DNA from: Heterodontus francisci
Lineage: Eukaryota
Length of the DNA stretch: 64,000 nucleotides
NCBI RefSeq assembly: GCF_036365525.1
Contig: NW_027140807.1
Span: forward strand, 1,364,001 to 1,428,000
Direction: 5' to 3'
Shown piece after piece: positions 37,590-50,169 of the stretch. The notes beneath the pieces were generated by a model, which searched no databases, had not been told where the DNA came from, and worked only from the letters and a program-made list of their open reading frames with translations. The position numbers and the translations under genes were made by a program. Position 1 is the first letter of the stretch, and each line of letters starts with the position of its first letter.

Positions 37590-37815
37590 AGTGGTGGGAC
37601 TCTGGAGGACAATCTGTGAGTTCACATCTGGGAAAGAGATGGGTCGAAAATGACGCCAGGACACTCTGGATTATCGAGGAAGAAGGATGGAAGGGAGGAA
37701 TGAAAGCGTCAAGGAGAGAAGGAAATTATAAAGTAAAGAAAATTATTAAGCAGCATTATGTTTCATAAAGTTCCTTATGGTGGGAGATGGTCATCAGACC
37801 CAGTAACAGATACAT
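37590..37815 (-). pseudogene. TRBV: Family-1 V pseudogene with internal deletion (DVNSQIVLQSPTT only)
   Basis: leader MYLLLGLMTISH without donor; acceptor 37628-37630; V start fused directly to post-RSS flank. Confidence 0.75.
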
Positions 37816-39210
37816 CTTTCACTGGACCTTTCCCTATTCATCAAGTCATCTTGACAAACCATTGAGGAAAGCAAGGTGGTGAGGGGCGTTTGGTCACGCC
37901 CCCTTCTCTCATTCAACCAATCGGAATTAGCATGGTTTAAATTCGCAATTGCTCTTTTTGTATTTGCCAATCAGAAACGCGGATCTCCACATCTGGATTT
38001 CCCAATTGGATACAAGAGCCTGAGCGAAACTGTCACATGTGGATGGCTCTTCAGATGTAACAGGCTCGATGGGGCTGAATGGCCTCACCCATTTCCTATT
38101 TAACAGATTCGAGGGGCTGAATGGGCCTCCTCCTGTACCTGTGCAGACTGAGGGGGGAACTGAATTGGCCTCCTCTTGCTCCTGTGCAACAGGCTCAAAG
38201 GGGCTGAATGGCTTACTCCTGTTCATATTAATCGGCTCAAGGGGGACTAAGTACCCTTCTCCAATTCCTACTAACAAGCTCTACATTGATCAATAACCTC
38301 CTCCTGTTTGTGCGCAATGAGGCAGGGGAGTAATTGGCCTCCTCATGTTCCTTTGTAAGAGGCTCCAAAAGACTGAGAGACCTCCTCCTGAATTCTTCAT
38401 AAACAGTTTTCCAGGCAGTTGTGTGTTACTGGTCCTATAGGGCCCTCTTCTTGGAGAAATTCGCTGTGATGCATTTTGGCTGAAGGGATAGACAAAGGCA
38501 ATATAGACTAAAAGGCAGATTTCGAAAGAGTTTGCAAGGAACAGTGGACCTGAGGCTGCATGTGCATCGATCTTTGAAGGTGGCAGGGCATGTTGAGAGA
38601 GTGGTTAGTAAAGCAGATGGGATCCTGATCTTCATAAATGGAGGTATTGAGTCCAAAAGCAGTGAACCTTTATAAAGCTCTGGTTAGGCTCCAGCTGGAG
38701 TATTGCGTCCAGTTCTGGCCACCACACTTAAGGGAGAATGTGAGGCTCCTTATTAGGGTGCAGAGCATATTTACGAGATTTGCAGAATGATCTCCTCCTG
38801 TTTCTATGTAACGGGACAAAGGGGCTGAATGGCCTACTCCTCTTCCTTTGTTCCTAACAAAGAGAGTTGTGTGTTTGATCATCTGAGTGAAAGAAGACAC
38901 CGTGTTAGTGGATAAAACCCCAATCGTTTTTCTGATATTCTCTCCTGATAGTGAAAACCTCTCAGTGTGGTGCCACCCTTCTTAATCTTTCATAGAAAGA
39001 TAGAAAGCTTATCAGCACAGAAAGAGGCCAGACTCTTCGCCTCTGCACCTGTGCTCTCAATTTTATTCTCACCCGTCTATTCTTATTGTCAAAAATATGA
39101 TAGCCCTGCATCAATTCAAGTGGAAATACCGCGCTATTGTATGTCCAACAGGTGTTTCCTGCTGCCTTTGGGGTTTTTGTTGAACTGCTCCATCTCTCTG
39201 AGTCACTGTG

Positions 39211-39664
39211 AAGACTCCAGGCACAGAAATACAAGGTCGAGTGATTCTCCCGCAGGCTGGAGGACTCCAGGTTGAACTGGGTGCCAGTCGGTCTCTCGGC
39301 AGTGAAACCATCCACCTCCTTCTCTGGATTTTTGTGATTAGTACCCGTGGAGTAAAACATAACCTGAGGCTCCTTCCTCGGGTATTGTCTGTACCAGAAC
39401 ATGTTAAGGGTACTGCTCCCCTCCAAAGTGCACTTCAGTTCCACTTCCTCCCCCACAACTCTGGAGACAGAGGCAGGAGTCTGGAGGATAGTCTGCGAGT
39501 TCACACCTGGGAGAGAGTGGGGAAGAGGAAGAGGTCAGTAAACAGGGGATTTCTAGGAAATGAAAGGAAGAGGGAATGAGTATAGGAAGGTTATTAGAGA
39601 AAACGTTGGTATTTCAGACTCACTCACAGTGCAAAAGGATTATCAGAGCCAATGACTGATACAT
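39211..39664 (-). CDS. TRBV: TCR beta V, family 1, apparently functional (leader 39628-39664; V exon 39211-39506)
   Basis: C23, WYRQ, YFCAWSL; 23-RSS cacagtg 39210-39204, acaaaaacc 39180-39172. Confidence 0.93.
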
Positions 39665-40314
39665 CTTCCCCTTGAAGCTGTTTAGAAATAAGCAAAGCAG
39701 CGAGAACCGGAGTGTAAGCCTTGTGAGGGTCCAAACCTGCTCTTTACAAATCATTGAGGAAAATATGAAGAGCATGAGGAAGTGATGCAGTGTTGGACAC
39801 GCCCCCTTCCAACACCCAACCAATCAGAATGGACGTGGTTCCTTGTTATGGTTGAGTGACTGGATTAAGTGTTGTTAATATCCCCAACAAGGATGTATGT
39901 TGTTCAGTTTCTAATTTACTGATGAGAAATCTCCAATTGAACATATCCAGATCCCCAACGAACCTCATCGGCATTCCCACATTAGCCACGTGTAGATTTC
40001 CAATTTATAGACATCTGGATTCCAGTTTATCCACACCTTCATCTCCGAATAGCCAGATGTCGATGCCGTGTGTCTCCTGGCAAACGTTGTAAGCAACAGT
40101 GGCCTGAGGCAAATAGGTGCAATGCCACCTGTGTGGCACTGGGCTCCTTGCCTATTCTACAGCAGGGCTATGCACATTACTGGGTCCTTGGCAAGTTTAA
40201 ATTGCACTGGGTGTGCCTGTGCCTGAACCCATGTAACCTGGGCATCAGCCTAGGCCTCTGGCTTATTATCGCAGTGACATTGCAACTATGCCATCGTTAT
40301 CCTTAGACCAGGGC

Positions 40315-42260
40315 TGTTGAAGAGACATTTACCAGAATGGTGCCATGGTTGAGAGACGGTTGTTATGTGGAGAGACTGGAGAAGCTGGGACAGTTTTCCT
40401 GGATCAGAGCAAGCAAATGGGACGCTTTAACCCTGGAGGTACAGCCGTTCGATAGAGCAGTTAGGGAGAAATGATATCCCCTGGCAGGAGCTTCGGAAGG
40501 TAGAGACTTCACATATAGCATCAGCAAGCAATTGGGAAAGTTAATGTTATGTTAGCCTTTATCGCAAGGGGATTTGAGTACAGGAGTAATGAAGTCTTGC
40601 TTCAATCGTGGAGAACCTTGGTTAGACCACACCTCGAGTACTGTGTGCAGTTTTAGTCCCTTGACCTTCGGAAGGATATTATTCCCATGGAACGAGTGCT
40701 AAGAAGTTTCACCCGACTTGTTCCAGGGATGGCGGGACTGTCCTATGAAGAGAGATTGGGGAAACTGGGCCTGAATGCTCTGGAGTTTCAAAGAATGAAA
40801 GGTGATCTCATTGAAACCTACAAAGTCCTTAAAGGGATAGACAGGGTAGATGCAGGCAAGAAGTTTCCTCTGGTTGAAAGAGAAGGTAAGTCAGACACTA
40901 GAGTGTGTAAAATGGGTAAAGTGAAAGTGTTCGATCGGCTGTCTGAACATAAAGTTGATAAAGCACCAGCACCAGATGAGATGTATTCAAGGATACTGAG
41001 GGAAGTGAGGGTGGAAATCGCGTTGGCCATAATTTTTCAGTCTTCCTTAGACTCAGGGCTGGTGCCAGATAACTGGAGAATTTCAAACGTTACACCCTTG
41101 TTCAAAAAGGGGGTAAAGATAAGCCCAGCAACTACAGGCCAGTCAGTTTAACTTTGGTGGTGGGGAAACTTCTATAAAAAATAATTCGGGACAAAATCAA
41201 TAGTCACATGGACGAGTTAATTAATGAAAGACAGCATGGATTCCATAAGGGAAAATCATGTTTAACTAACCTGCTAGAATTTTTTTGAGAAGGCAACAGA
41301 GAGGGTTGATGAGGGCAATGCTGTGGATGTGGTATACATGGACTTTCAAAAGGCGTTTGATACAATGCCACACAGCAAACATGTGAGAAAACTTGTAACT
41401 CGTGGAATAAAAGGGACGGTAGCAACATGGCGACGAAATTGGTTTAGTGACAGAAAACAAAGAGCAATGGTTAATGGATGGTTTTTCGGGCTGGAGGAAG
41501 GTTTGCAGTGGAGTTCCCCAGGGATCAGTATTAGGACCTTTGCTTTTCCTGATATATATTAATGACCTAGACCTCGGTGTACAGTGCACAATTTCAAAGT
41601 TTGCCGATGATACGAAACTTGGAAGCATTGTGAATGATGAGGAGGATAATGTCGAATTTGAAAAGGACATAGACATGTTGGTGGAATGGGCAGACAGGTG
41701 GCAGATGAGGTTCAATGCAGAGAAATGTGAAGTGATTCATTTTGGTCGGATGAACAATAGAGAATAAAGGGCACAACTCGAAAGGGGGTGCAGGAGCACA
41801 GGGGCCTAGGTGTATATTTGTTTCAGTCATTAAGAGTGGAAGGACGGGTTGGGACAGTTTTACTTGGAGAAGAGAAGGCTGAGAGGTGATTTGATGGAGG
41901 TTTTCAAAATCATGAGGGATCTGGACAGAGTAGATGGAGAGAAACTTTTCCCACTCGTGAAAGGATCGAGAGGGCACAGATTTAAAGTATTTGGTAAGGG
42001 AAGCAAAAGTGACATGAGGGAGAACTTTTTCACACAGCGAGTGGTGAAGGTCCAGAATGCACTGCCTGAGAACGTGGTGGAGGCAGGTTCAATTGAAGCA
42101 TTCAAGAGCGAATTAGACAGTTATATTGAAAGGAAGGATGTGCAGGGTTATGGGGAGAAGGCAGGGGAGTGGGACTGAGGGAATTTCTCTTCCAGAGAGA
42201 CAGTGCGGGCACGATGGGCCGAATGACCTCCTTCTGCACTGTAACAATTCTGTGATTCTG
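40315..42260 (+). mobile_element. Nested/fragmented CR1-type LINE RT pieces
   Basis: YMDFQKAFD, GVPQGSVLGP, KFADD motifs in broken ORFs. Confidence 0.88.
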
Positions 42261-44277
42261 TGGTTGAGAAGTCTAGAACCAGGGGGCTCAATTTCACGAC
42301 CACAGCGAGTAAGTTAAGGCCAATAGTGGAGATGCATTTAAGGGGGAGATTAGATCAGGACATGAGGGAGTAAGGAATAGAAGGAGGTGCTGATGGGCTG
42401 AGATGCAGAGAGATGGGAACAGGATTTTAAACCGTGGTGCGGAGTCAACTCCCCCTTGGCCCCTTTATTCCCTTCACCCACTTGATTCTGGCTGTCACGT
42501 GTTTGGGATATTGGGGTTACAGGAGAGCCACCCTCCACCTAATCCACCAGTTACGGTTAATGGCTTAGTACAAAGAGGAGGAAACTCAGTCCTTTCTTTA
42601 ACTATCAAGTTACTTTATTCACGTTGTTGTACAATGGAAGAATAAGGCTTATACACTTGGTTAGACAAAAGCATGCAACTCAACTGGGTTATACAGTTAA
42701 TAACAAAGCTAGCTAGAATTGATAAGCACACCCACCAGGTTCCTCTGACCTTTCCCTGACCTCGTCACAGAAAACAAACGATAATTCCCGGAAAGGGAAG
42801 AGCTGATGCTGGCCAGACGTTCTGATCTCTCTCTCTTTTACGTCATCACCGCGTTGCTCACGCAGGGTCTTCCACTTCCACAATGGTTGGTCTCTGGAGT
42901 TTCTCGCTGGTTCTATGCCTGAGATTCTCCATACTTATTCTCTTTCTTATCTCTTCAAAACTGTGCTGTCTCTTTCCTGTTGGTTTAGGCCTGCTCACCT
43001 CGTTCGTATCTTCTCCTTATTGGCCCAGGCCCAAAGACCCCGGTATCACACCGTTTCCAAATAAGGCTCTATTCCTGTGATTTCTCCCTTGTCTGTCACA
43101 TAAATTAATTAGTTCAAACTGGTTTTTACCAGCACAGGCCAGTGTCTGAGCTCAGGTTACTTTAGTTCATGTGCTATCCAGCAGTTTGTAACAGATTCTG
43201 TACTTCTTGCAGCCCATGGCCAAGGGATGATGTTGTTTATTTTGGGTAACTGTTTCGAACAGCCAGACCAGGCTCGATTGATCGAATGACCTTGGTCAGT
43301 GCTGTATGATTCTATAACTATCTAAGATGCATCAAGGGGCTTATTTGTTTTAGGCTGAGAAAGATTTATTTTCCCTGTCTCCTAAACGAGAATTGAAGGG
43401 TTAAATTCTTGCCTGGGCCTAACTCCCAGATGCTTTGAAAGTTCTTCAAAAGACACCGAGTGTCTGAAAGACAAGTTGGTTAATAATTGTCAACAGTTGC
43501 TCAAAACCGCCAAATTAGGAATCTGTTCCAGTGAGAGACCTATCTGGGGAGTTGTCTCGTATTTGCATTGTATGAATCATCAGGGGCATGTAGAATAGGG
43601 AGCTCTGTGCAACTCCTTGTCAGAATCCTCCGTCCATTCTTTCAACTGTATCATGAACCCATTTACCCTGCCTTGTAATCTGTTCTTAAAATGTAGAGGC
43701 TACCTCACGAAAAGAGCCTTATCACGTGGATGGAGCATTTTAATCATTAATATTGTATTGATATAATCTGAATCGAAGGAGAACAAGAAGATACAACAAT
43801 ATCAACAAAATAGCAAACCATGATATATCACTGATGGAACTGCGAGATGTAAACAATGACGTTAGATATATGATAAACAACAGAGGGATGGATATACACT
43901 TAGACAGACAAGAGCCAGATAAATCGATCGATGACAAATATATATAGATGACAGAGTAAATAGATAAATAGATAAATAGAGATAAATAGAGATATGTATC
44001 GATAGCTGGAGGGATCGATAGAGCAATGGATGGATAGACAAATGGAACAATAGAANNNNNNNNNNNNNNNNNNNNNNNNNNNNNNNNNNNNNNNNNNNNN
44101 NNNNNNNNNNNNNNNNNNNNNNNNNNNNNNNNNNNNNNNNNNNNNNNNNNNNNNNNNNNNNNNNNNNNNNNNNNNNNNNNNNNNNNNNNNNNNNNNNNNN
44201 NNNNNNNNNNNNNATTGAGAGATAGATAGATTGAGAGATAGATAGATAGATAGATCGATCGATATAGACCCCAATCA

Positions 44278-45637
44278 TTGACCCACCTCACTGACCCCAC
44301 TCACTGACCCCACTCACTGACCCCACTCACTGACACCACTTACTGACTCCACTCACTGACCCCACTCAGTGACCCCACACACTGACCCCACTCACTGACA
44401 CCACTCACTGACTCCACTCACTGTCCTCTCTCACTGACTCCACTTACTGTCCCCACTCACGGACCCCACTCAGTGACCCCACTCAGTGACCCCACTCAGT
44501 TACCCCACTCACTGACTCATCTCACTGACCCCACCCACTGACACCACTCACTGACTCCTCTCTTTGACCCCAGTCACTGACACCACTGACTGACCCCACT
44601 CACTGTCTCCACTCACTGTCCCCACTCACTGACCCCACTGACTGACCCCGCTCACTGACTCCACTCACCGACACCACTCACTGACTCCTCTCACTGACCC
44701 CACTCACTGAGTCCACTCACTGTCCACACTCACTGACCCCACTTACTGACCTCACTCACTGACTCCACTGAGTGACTCCACTCACTGACTCCAGTCACTG
44801 ACCACACGCACTGACCCCACTCACTAACCCCTGTCACTGACCCCACTCACTGACTACGCTCACTAACCCCGCTCACTAACCCCGCTCACTGACTCCACTC
44901 ACTGTCCCCGCCCACTGACTCCACTCACTGACCTCACTCACTGACTCCACTGAGTGACACCACTCAGTGACTCCACTCACTGACTCCACTCACTGACCCC
45001 ACGCACTGACCCCGCTCACTAACCCCGCTCACTGACCCCACTTACTGATCCCACTCACTGACTCCCCATTGACCCCGCTCACTAACCCCACTCACTAACC
45101 CCGCTCACTGACTCCATTGACTGTCCCCGCTCACTGTCCCCGCTCACTGACCCCACTCACTGACCCCACTCTTAGACTCCACTCACTGCCTCTGCTCACT
45201 GACTCCACTCACGGACTCCACTAACATCCTCCACTCACTGTCCCTGCTCATTAACCCCACTCACTGACCTCACTCACTGACTTCAGTGAGTGACACAACT
45301 CAGTGACTCCACTCACTGACTCCACTTACTGATCCCACTCACTGACTCCCCACTGACCCTGCTCACTAACCCCACTCACTGACCCCACTTACTGATCCCA
45401 CTCACTGACTCCCCACTAACCCCGCTCACTAACCCCGCTCACTAACCCCACTCACTGACTCCACTCACAGACTCCACTCACTGCCTCCGCTCACTGACCC
45501 CGGTCACTGACCGCACTCACTGACCCCACTCACTGACCCCACTCACTGACCTCACTCACTGACTCAACTGAGTGACACCACTCACTGACCCCACTCATAG
45601 ATTCCACTCACTGACTCCACTCACTGACCCCACTCAA
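44278..45637 (+). repeat. 14-bp minisatellite (cactcactgacccc)n, ~95 copies
   Basis: directly visible. Confidence 0.95.
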
Positions 45638-45639
45638 TC

Positions 45640-46080
45640 TCCCAGATCAATCCCTATAATAATCCTTCATTCTCTAGATCAATCCCTATAATAATCCTTA
45701 ATTCTCCAGATCAATCCCGATAATAATCCCTCATTCTCCAGATCAATCCCTATAATAATCCTTCATTCTCCAGATCAATCCCGATAATAATCCCTCATTC
45801 TCCAGAGCAATCCCTATAATAATCCTTAATTCTCCAGATCAATCCCAATAATAATCCCTCATTCTCCAGATCAATCCATATAATAATCCTTCATTCTCCA
45901 GATCAATCCCAATAATAATCCCTCATTCTCCAGATCAATCCCTATAATAATCCTTCATTCTCCAGATCAATCCCTATAATAATCCCTCATTCTCCAGATC
46001 AATCCCTATAATAATCCTTCATTCTCCAGATCAATCCCTACAATAATCCTTCATTCTCCAGATCAATCCCTGTAATATCC
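45640..46080 (+). repeat. 32-bp minisatellite (ctccagatcaatccctataataatccttcatt)n, ~13 copies
   Basis: directly visible. Confidence 0.95.
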
Positions 46081-46633
46081 CCTTATTGTCTCTATCTCTG
46101 TCTCCCTCTCTGTCTCAGTCTCTTTAACTCTGTCTGTCGTTTTTGCTTTCTCTCACTAGATCTCTCTCTGTCACACACATACACTATCTTCCCTTCTCTA
46201 ACAAAGTGGGTGTCCTTGTCCTGTTCATGTATATCAAGCTGGATCTGCAGACCTCCCGCTCTTTCCGTTTTCTCACTAAATCCTTTTCAAAGCCATTGTC
46301 CATTCCATGGTCCTGGAACCCCCTCTGCTGTCCCTGTGCAGAAGGTAAACACAGGGTCAGTGCATAAAAAATCCAGATTATTGTCATTGATTCCGGATAG
46401 TTACATTCTGAGATCTCGTGACATCCTTATTCATCGTTCATTGCACCCTCGCCAGTACCTGTAAATCTAAAATCTCACTACAATATTAACTCAGCTCTTT
46501 TTATTGTAATAAACACTTTCACTCTGCAAAAGGGAACAGCAGGTCGAGGCACCGAACGGTTTTACCCTCCACAGGTGTTTCCTGCTGCCTTTCGGGTTTT
46601 TGTTGAATTGCTCCATCTCTCTGAGTCACTGTG

Positions 46634-46918
46634 ATTACTCCAGGCACAGGAATATACGGCCGAATGATTCTCCCGTCGGCTGGAGGACTCCAGGTCGAAC
46701 GTGGAGTCAGTCGGTCTTTCGGTGGTGAAAGCCTCCACCGTCCCCTTTGAGTTCACCCCTTGTGCAGTTAGGGAGTAAAACATCAGCTGCAGCTCCTTCC
46801 CCGGGTATTGTCTGTACCAGTATATGTAAGGGTCACTGCTACCATCCACGGTGCATTTCAGCTTCACCTGCTCACCAGGAAATTTGGAGACAGCGGCGGG
46901 TAGTCTGTGAGTTCACAT
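46634..46918 (-). pseudogene. TRBV: Family-1 V pseudogene (11-nt FR1 deletion, no leader found)
   Basis: frameshift after VNSQT; YSCAWSN; intact 23-RSS 46595-46633. Confidence 0.88.
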
Positions 46919-48667
46919 CTGGGAAAGAGACAGGGAGAGGACGAGATCAATAAACAGGGAACTTCAGTCCAGTGGGGAGAGAGAAAGAAATAGATAAATA
47001 AATAAAAACATAACCAAAAGAAATGTGAAGTAGAAATATTGTTTCAATGAAATCTCAATGAATCAGCAAAGGGGAGAGAGCAGGAATGATGAGTGCTGTC
47101 AATAACCAACCCACTCTTTACAAATCATTGGGAGGAACAGGATCTGTATCTGTGTGTGTGTATGCGCGTGTGTGCATCTTCCTCTCTCTTTCTTACTATT
47201 TGTTGCTCACTCTCTCTCTGCATGTATCGAGCTTTGTCTCCCATTCTTTCTCTCTCTTTTTCTCTCTGTATCTGTGTGTGCGCACGCGTGTGTGTGCATC
47301 TTCCTCTCTCTGTCTCCCTCTGACCCCTTCATTTATGCTGAGTGTTTCCTCTCTATGTCTCCCTGATTCACCCTCTCTGTCTCGATGTTTAATCGCCAGA
47401 TGTATTGAGTTCCTGTACATTTGGGAGTTGTTCGCCTCTTTGCAGTGAAGGTTAGAGGGAGGTTAACCAGACTGGTGCCAGGGATGAGGGACTTCAGTTA
47501 CTGTGGAGAGACTGGAGAAGCTGGGGGTTTCTCTCCTTAGAGCAGAGAAGGTTAATGGTAGATGTGATCCAGATATTGAAGATCATAGAGGATTTTGATA
47601 GATAATTGATGATGAACGACATCTTCTACTGGTTAATATATAGAAAATCTATGAAAAGACAGTCATTTGTTACATTACTGCAGTATATTTAATTAGTTCA
47701 CACGAACTGTAATCGCCTAAAGATAGAGTTAGATGGATACAGAGACAGAGAGATATTTAAACAGGTAGAGAGATAGATAGATAGAGAGACAAAGAGATCG
47801 ACAACCAGGTAGAGAGATAGATAGAGAGAGAGACAGTCAGGTCGACAGATTGATATAGAGAGAGGTAGAGAAATAGAGAGATGGAGGGAAAGTCAGATAG
47901 GTAGAGAAATATCGAGCTAGATAGAGAGACAGTCAGGTAGACAGATAGATATAGAGAGAGGGAGAGAAATCGAGAGATAGATAGAGAGACAGTCACTGCC
48001 CCTGTAAAAGACAGGAATGTATAACGGCATTCTCTCATTTTACACCAGCTTGGTAGATAGAGTGAGAGAGAGGGATGGAAATAAAGGGAGAGAGAGGGAT
48101 GGAGAGAGGGATGGAGAGGGAGAGAGTGGAATGCAGAGAGGGAGCGATGGGAATGTATTGATCAGTCGTGATCTCATTGAAGGGCGGAGTGTTTCCGAGG
48201 TGATGAATGTTCTCGTTGTGTTCCCAGGTCACTGTCAAAGTGTGTTCCAGACTCTGATATTTATCATGGTCCTACAGCGCACTCTGCTGTCCCTTTGGAG
48301 AAAGAAAACACAGTGACATAACACNNNNNNNNNNNNNNNNNNNNNNNNNNNNNNNNNNNNNNNNNNNNNNNNNNNNNNNNNNNNNNNNNNNNNNNNNNNN
48401 NNNNNNNNNNNNNNNNNNNNNNNNNNNNNNNNNNNNNNNNNNNNNNNNNNNNNNNNNNNNNNNNNNNNNNNNNNCTTTATCTGATCTTCATTTCACATAT
48501 TAAAATATTTATTAACCTCTCAAAGACCGCTGAACGTTGACCCGTCAGTCTTCACCTTTGTGGAGCAAAGATCCCCCGATGCTCAAATTATCTTGATAAC
48601 TTTAACCTCTGTGTTTTGATATCATTCCTGTAAAGTCTATTTCACAATTCCCCTGTGTTTCTATATC

Positions 48668-48779
48668 TTCGTCTTCTTTGGCCTCCTTATCTCGAGAGAC
48701 AATGAGTAAGCGCCTGGAGGTGGTCAGTGGTGTGTGGAGCAGCGCCTGGAGTGGCTATAAAGGCAAATTCTAGAGTGAC
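48668..48779 (-). mobile_element. Short RTE LINE 3' end insertion
   Basis: reverse complement matches 5157-5260; absent from paralogous flank ~56900-56915. Confidence 0.8.
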
Positions 48780-48942
48780 TTTCTATTAAATTTCGCCCTG
48801 TCTTCTTGTGAAAAACATGTTCCCAATAATAAAAAAAACAACACCCAACAAGACGCAGCACCACCTGGTTTTATCTGAAACAGGTGTTTCCTGCTGCCTT
48901 TGGGGTTTTTGTTGAACTGCTCCATCTCTCTGAGTCACTGTG

Positions 48943-49394
48943 AAGACTCCAGGCACAGAAATACACGGCCGAGTGATTTTCCTACAGGCTGGAGGACTCC
49001 AGGTTGAACTGGGAGTCAGTCGGTCTCTCGGCAGTAAAACCGTCCACCGTCCCCTCTGGATCCACATAGTTAGCAGTATTGGAGTAAAACATCAGCAGCG
49101 GCTCCTTCCCCGGCTCTTGTCTGTACCAGTACATGTAGAGGGTACTGCTGCTCCCCTCCACAGTGCACCTCAGTTCCATTCCTTTCCCGGGAAATCTGGA
49201 GACAGCGGCGGGAGTCTGGTGGATATTCTTTGAGTTCACATCTGGGAGAGAGATGGAGAGAGGAGGAGATCAGTAAACAGGGAACTTCTGGGAATGAAAG
49301 AAAAACAGGGAGAGGAGAGAAAGGTTCTGAAGGATAATCCTTGTATTTGGCACTCACGTTGAACCAGGATTATCAGAGCCAGGAACAGATACAT
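48943..49394 (-). pseudogene. TRBV: Family-1 V pseudogene, single in-frame TAG in FR3 (leader 49358-49394; V 48943-49241)
   Basis: ...LESSSL*ENHSAVYFCAWSL; 23-RSS 48904-48942 intact. Confidence 0.9.
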
Positions 49395-50169
49395 CGCCCA
49401 CTTGACACTGCCCTCTCAAACAGCAAAGGCAGTGGAACAGAGGGGATCAGTTCTGTGACTAACCAATCCGCTCTTTACAAATCATTGAGGAAAACATGAA
49501 GGGCATGAGGAAGTGATGCAGTGTTGGCCACGCCCCTTTCCACCACCCAACCAATCAGAATGGACGTGGTTGCTTTTGATGGTTGAGTGACTGGATTAAG
49601 TGTTGTTAATATCCCCAACAAGGGTGTCTGTTGTTCAGTTTCTAATTTACTGATTAGAACTCTCCAGTTGTTCATATCCAGATTTCCAAATGAACCTCAT
49701 CGGCATTCCCAAAGTAGCCACATGTAGATTTCCAATTACAGACATCTGGATTCCAAATGATCTGCTCCTGTCGGGGATGTATTAGTGTGTTGGTAATTTA
49801 ACGAGACTCCTAATCCACAGTCTCTGCTAGTGTTTTAGCGATGTGGGGTGAATCCCACCAATACAGATCATGAAATTTCAATGCCATTAATAAATCTGGA
49901 TTTTTTTTTGGAAAGAAAGCTCGTCTAATCGTGTCCATTGTTTCAAAAATCCATCCAGTTCTCTGACGACTATGAGGGAAGGAAATCTGCCGCCTTCACC
50001 TGGTCTGGCCTACATGTGACTCCAGATCCACACAATGTGTTTGACTATTAAATGCCCTCTGCAATGGCCCAGCAAGCCTCTCAGTTCAAGGGCAATTAGA
50101 GATGGGCAATAAATGCTGGCCTAACCAGCGAGGCCCACATCACATGAACGAATTAAGAAAACAACAGCT

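Noticed and set aside
38040-38390. ~40-bp tandem (also 16340-16570) as a regulatory array
   Set aside because: Units match the 3' tail of the CR1 LINE fragments in this window (ggggctgaatggcctcctcctgttc).
42493-43625. Possible solo LTR (TG...CA, internal polyA signal on - strand)
   Set aside because: Could not identify a TSD or a second copy; unsupported without a repeat library.
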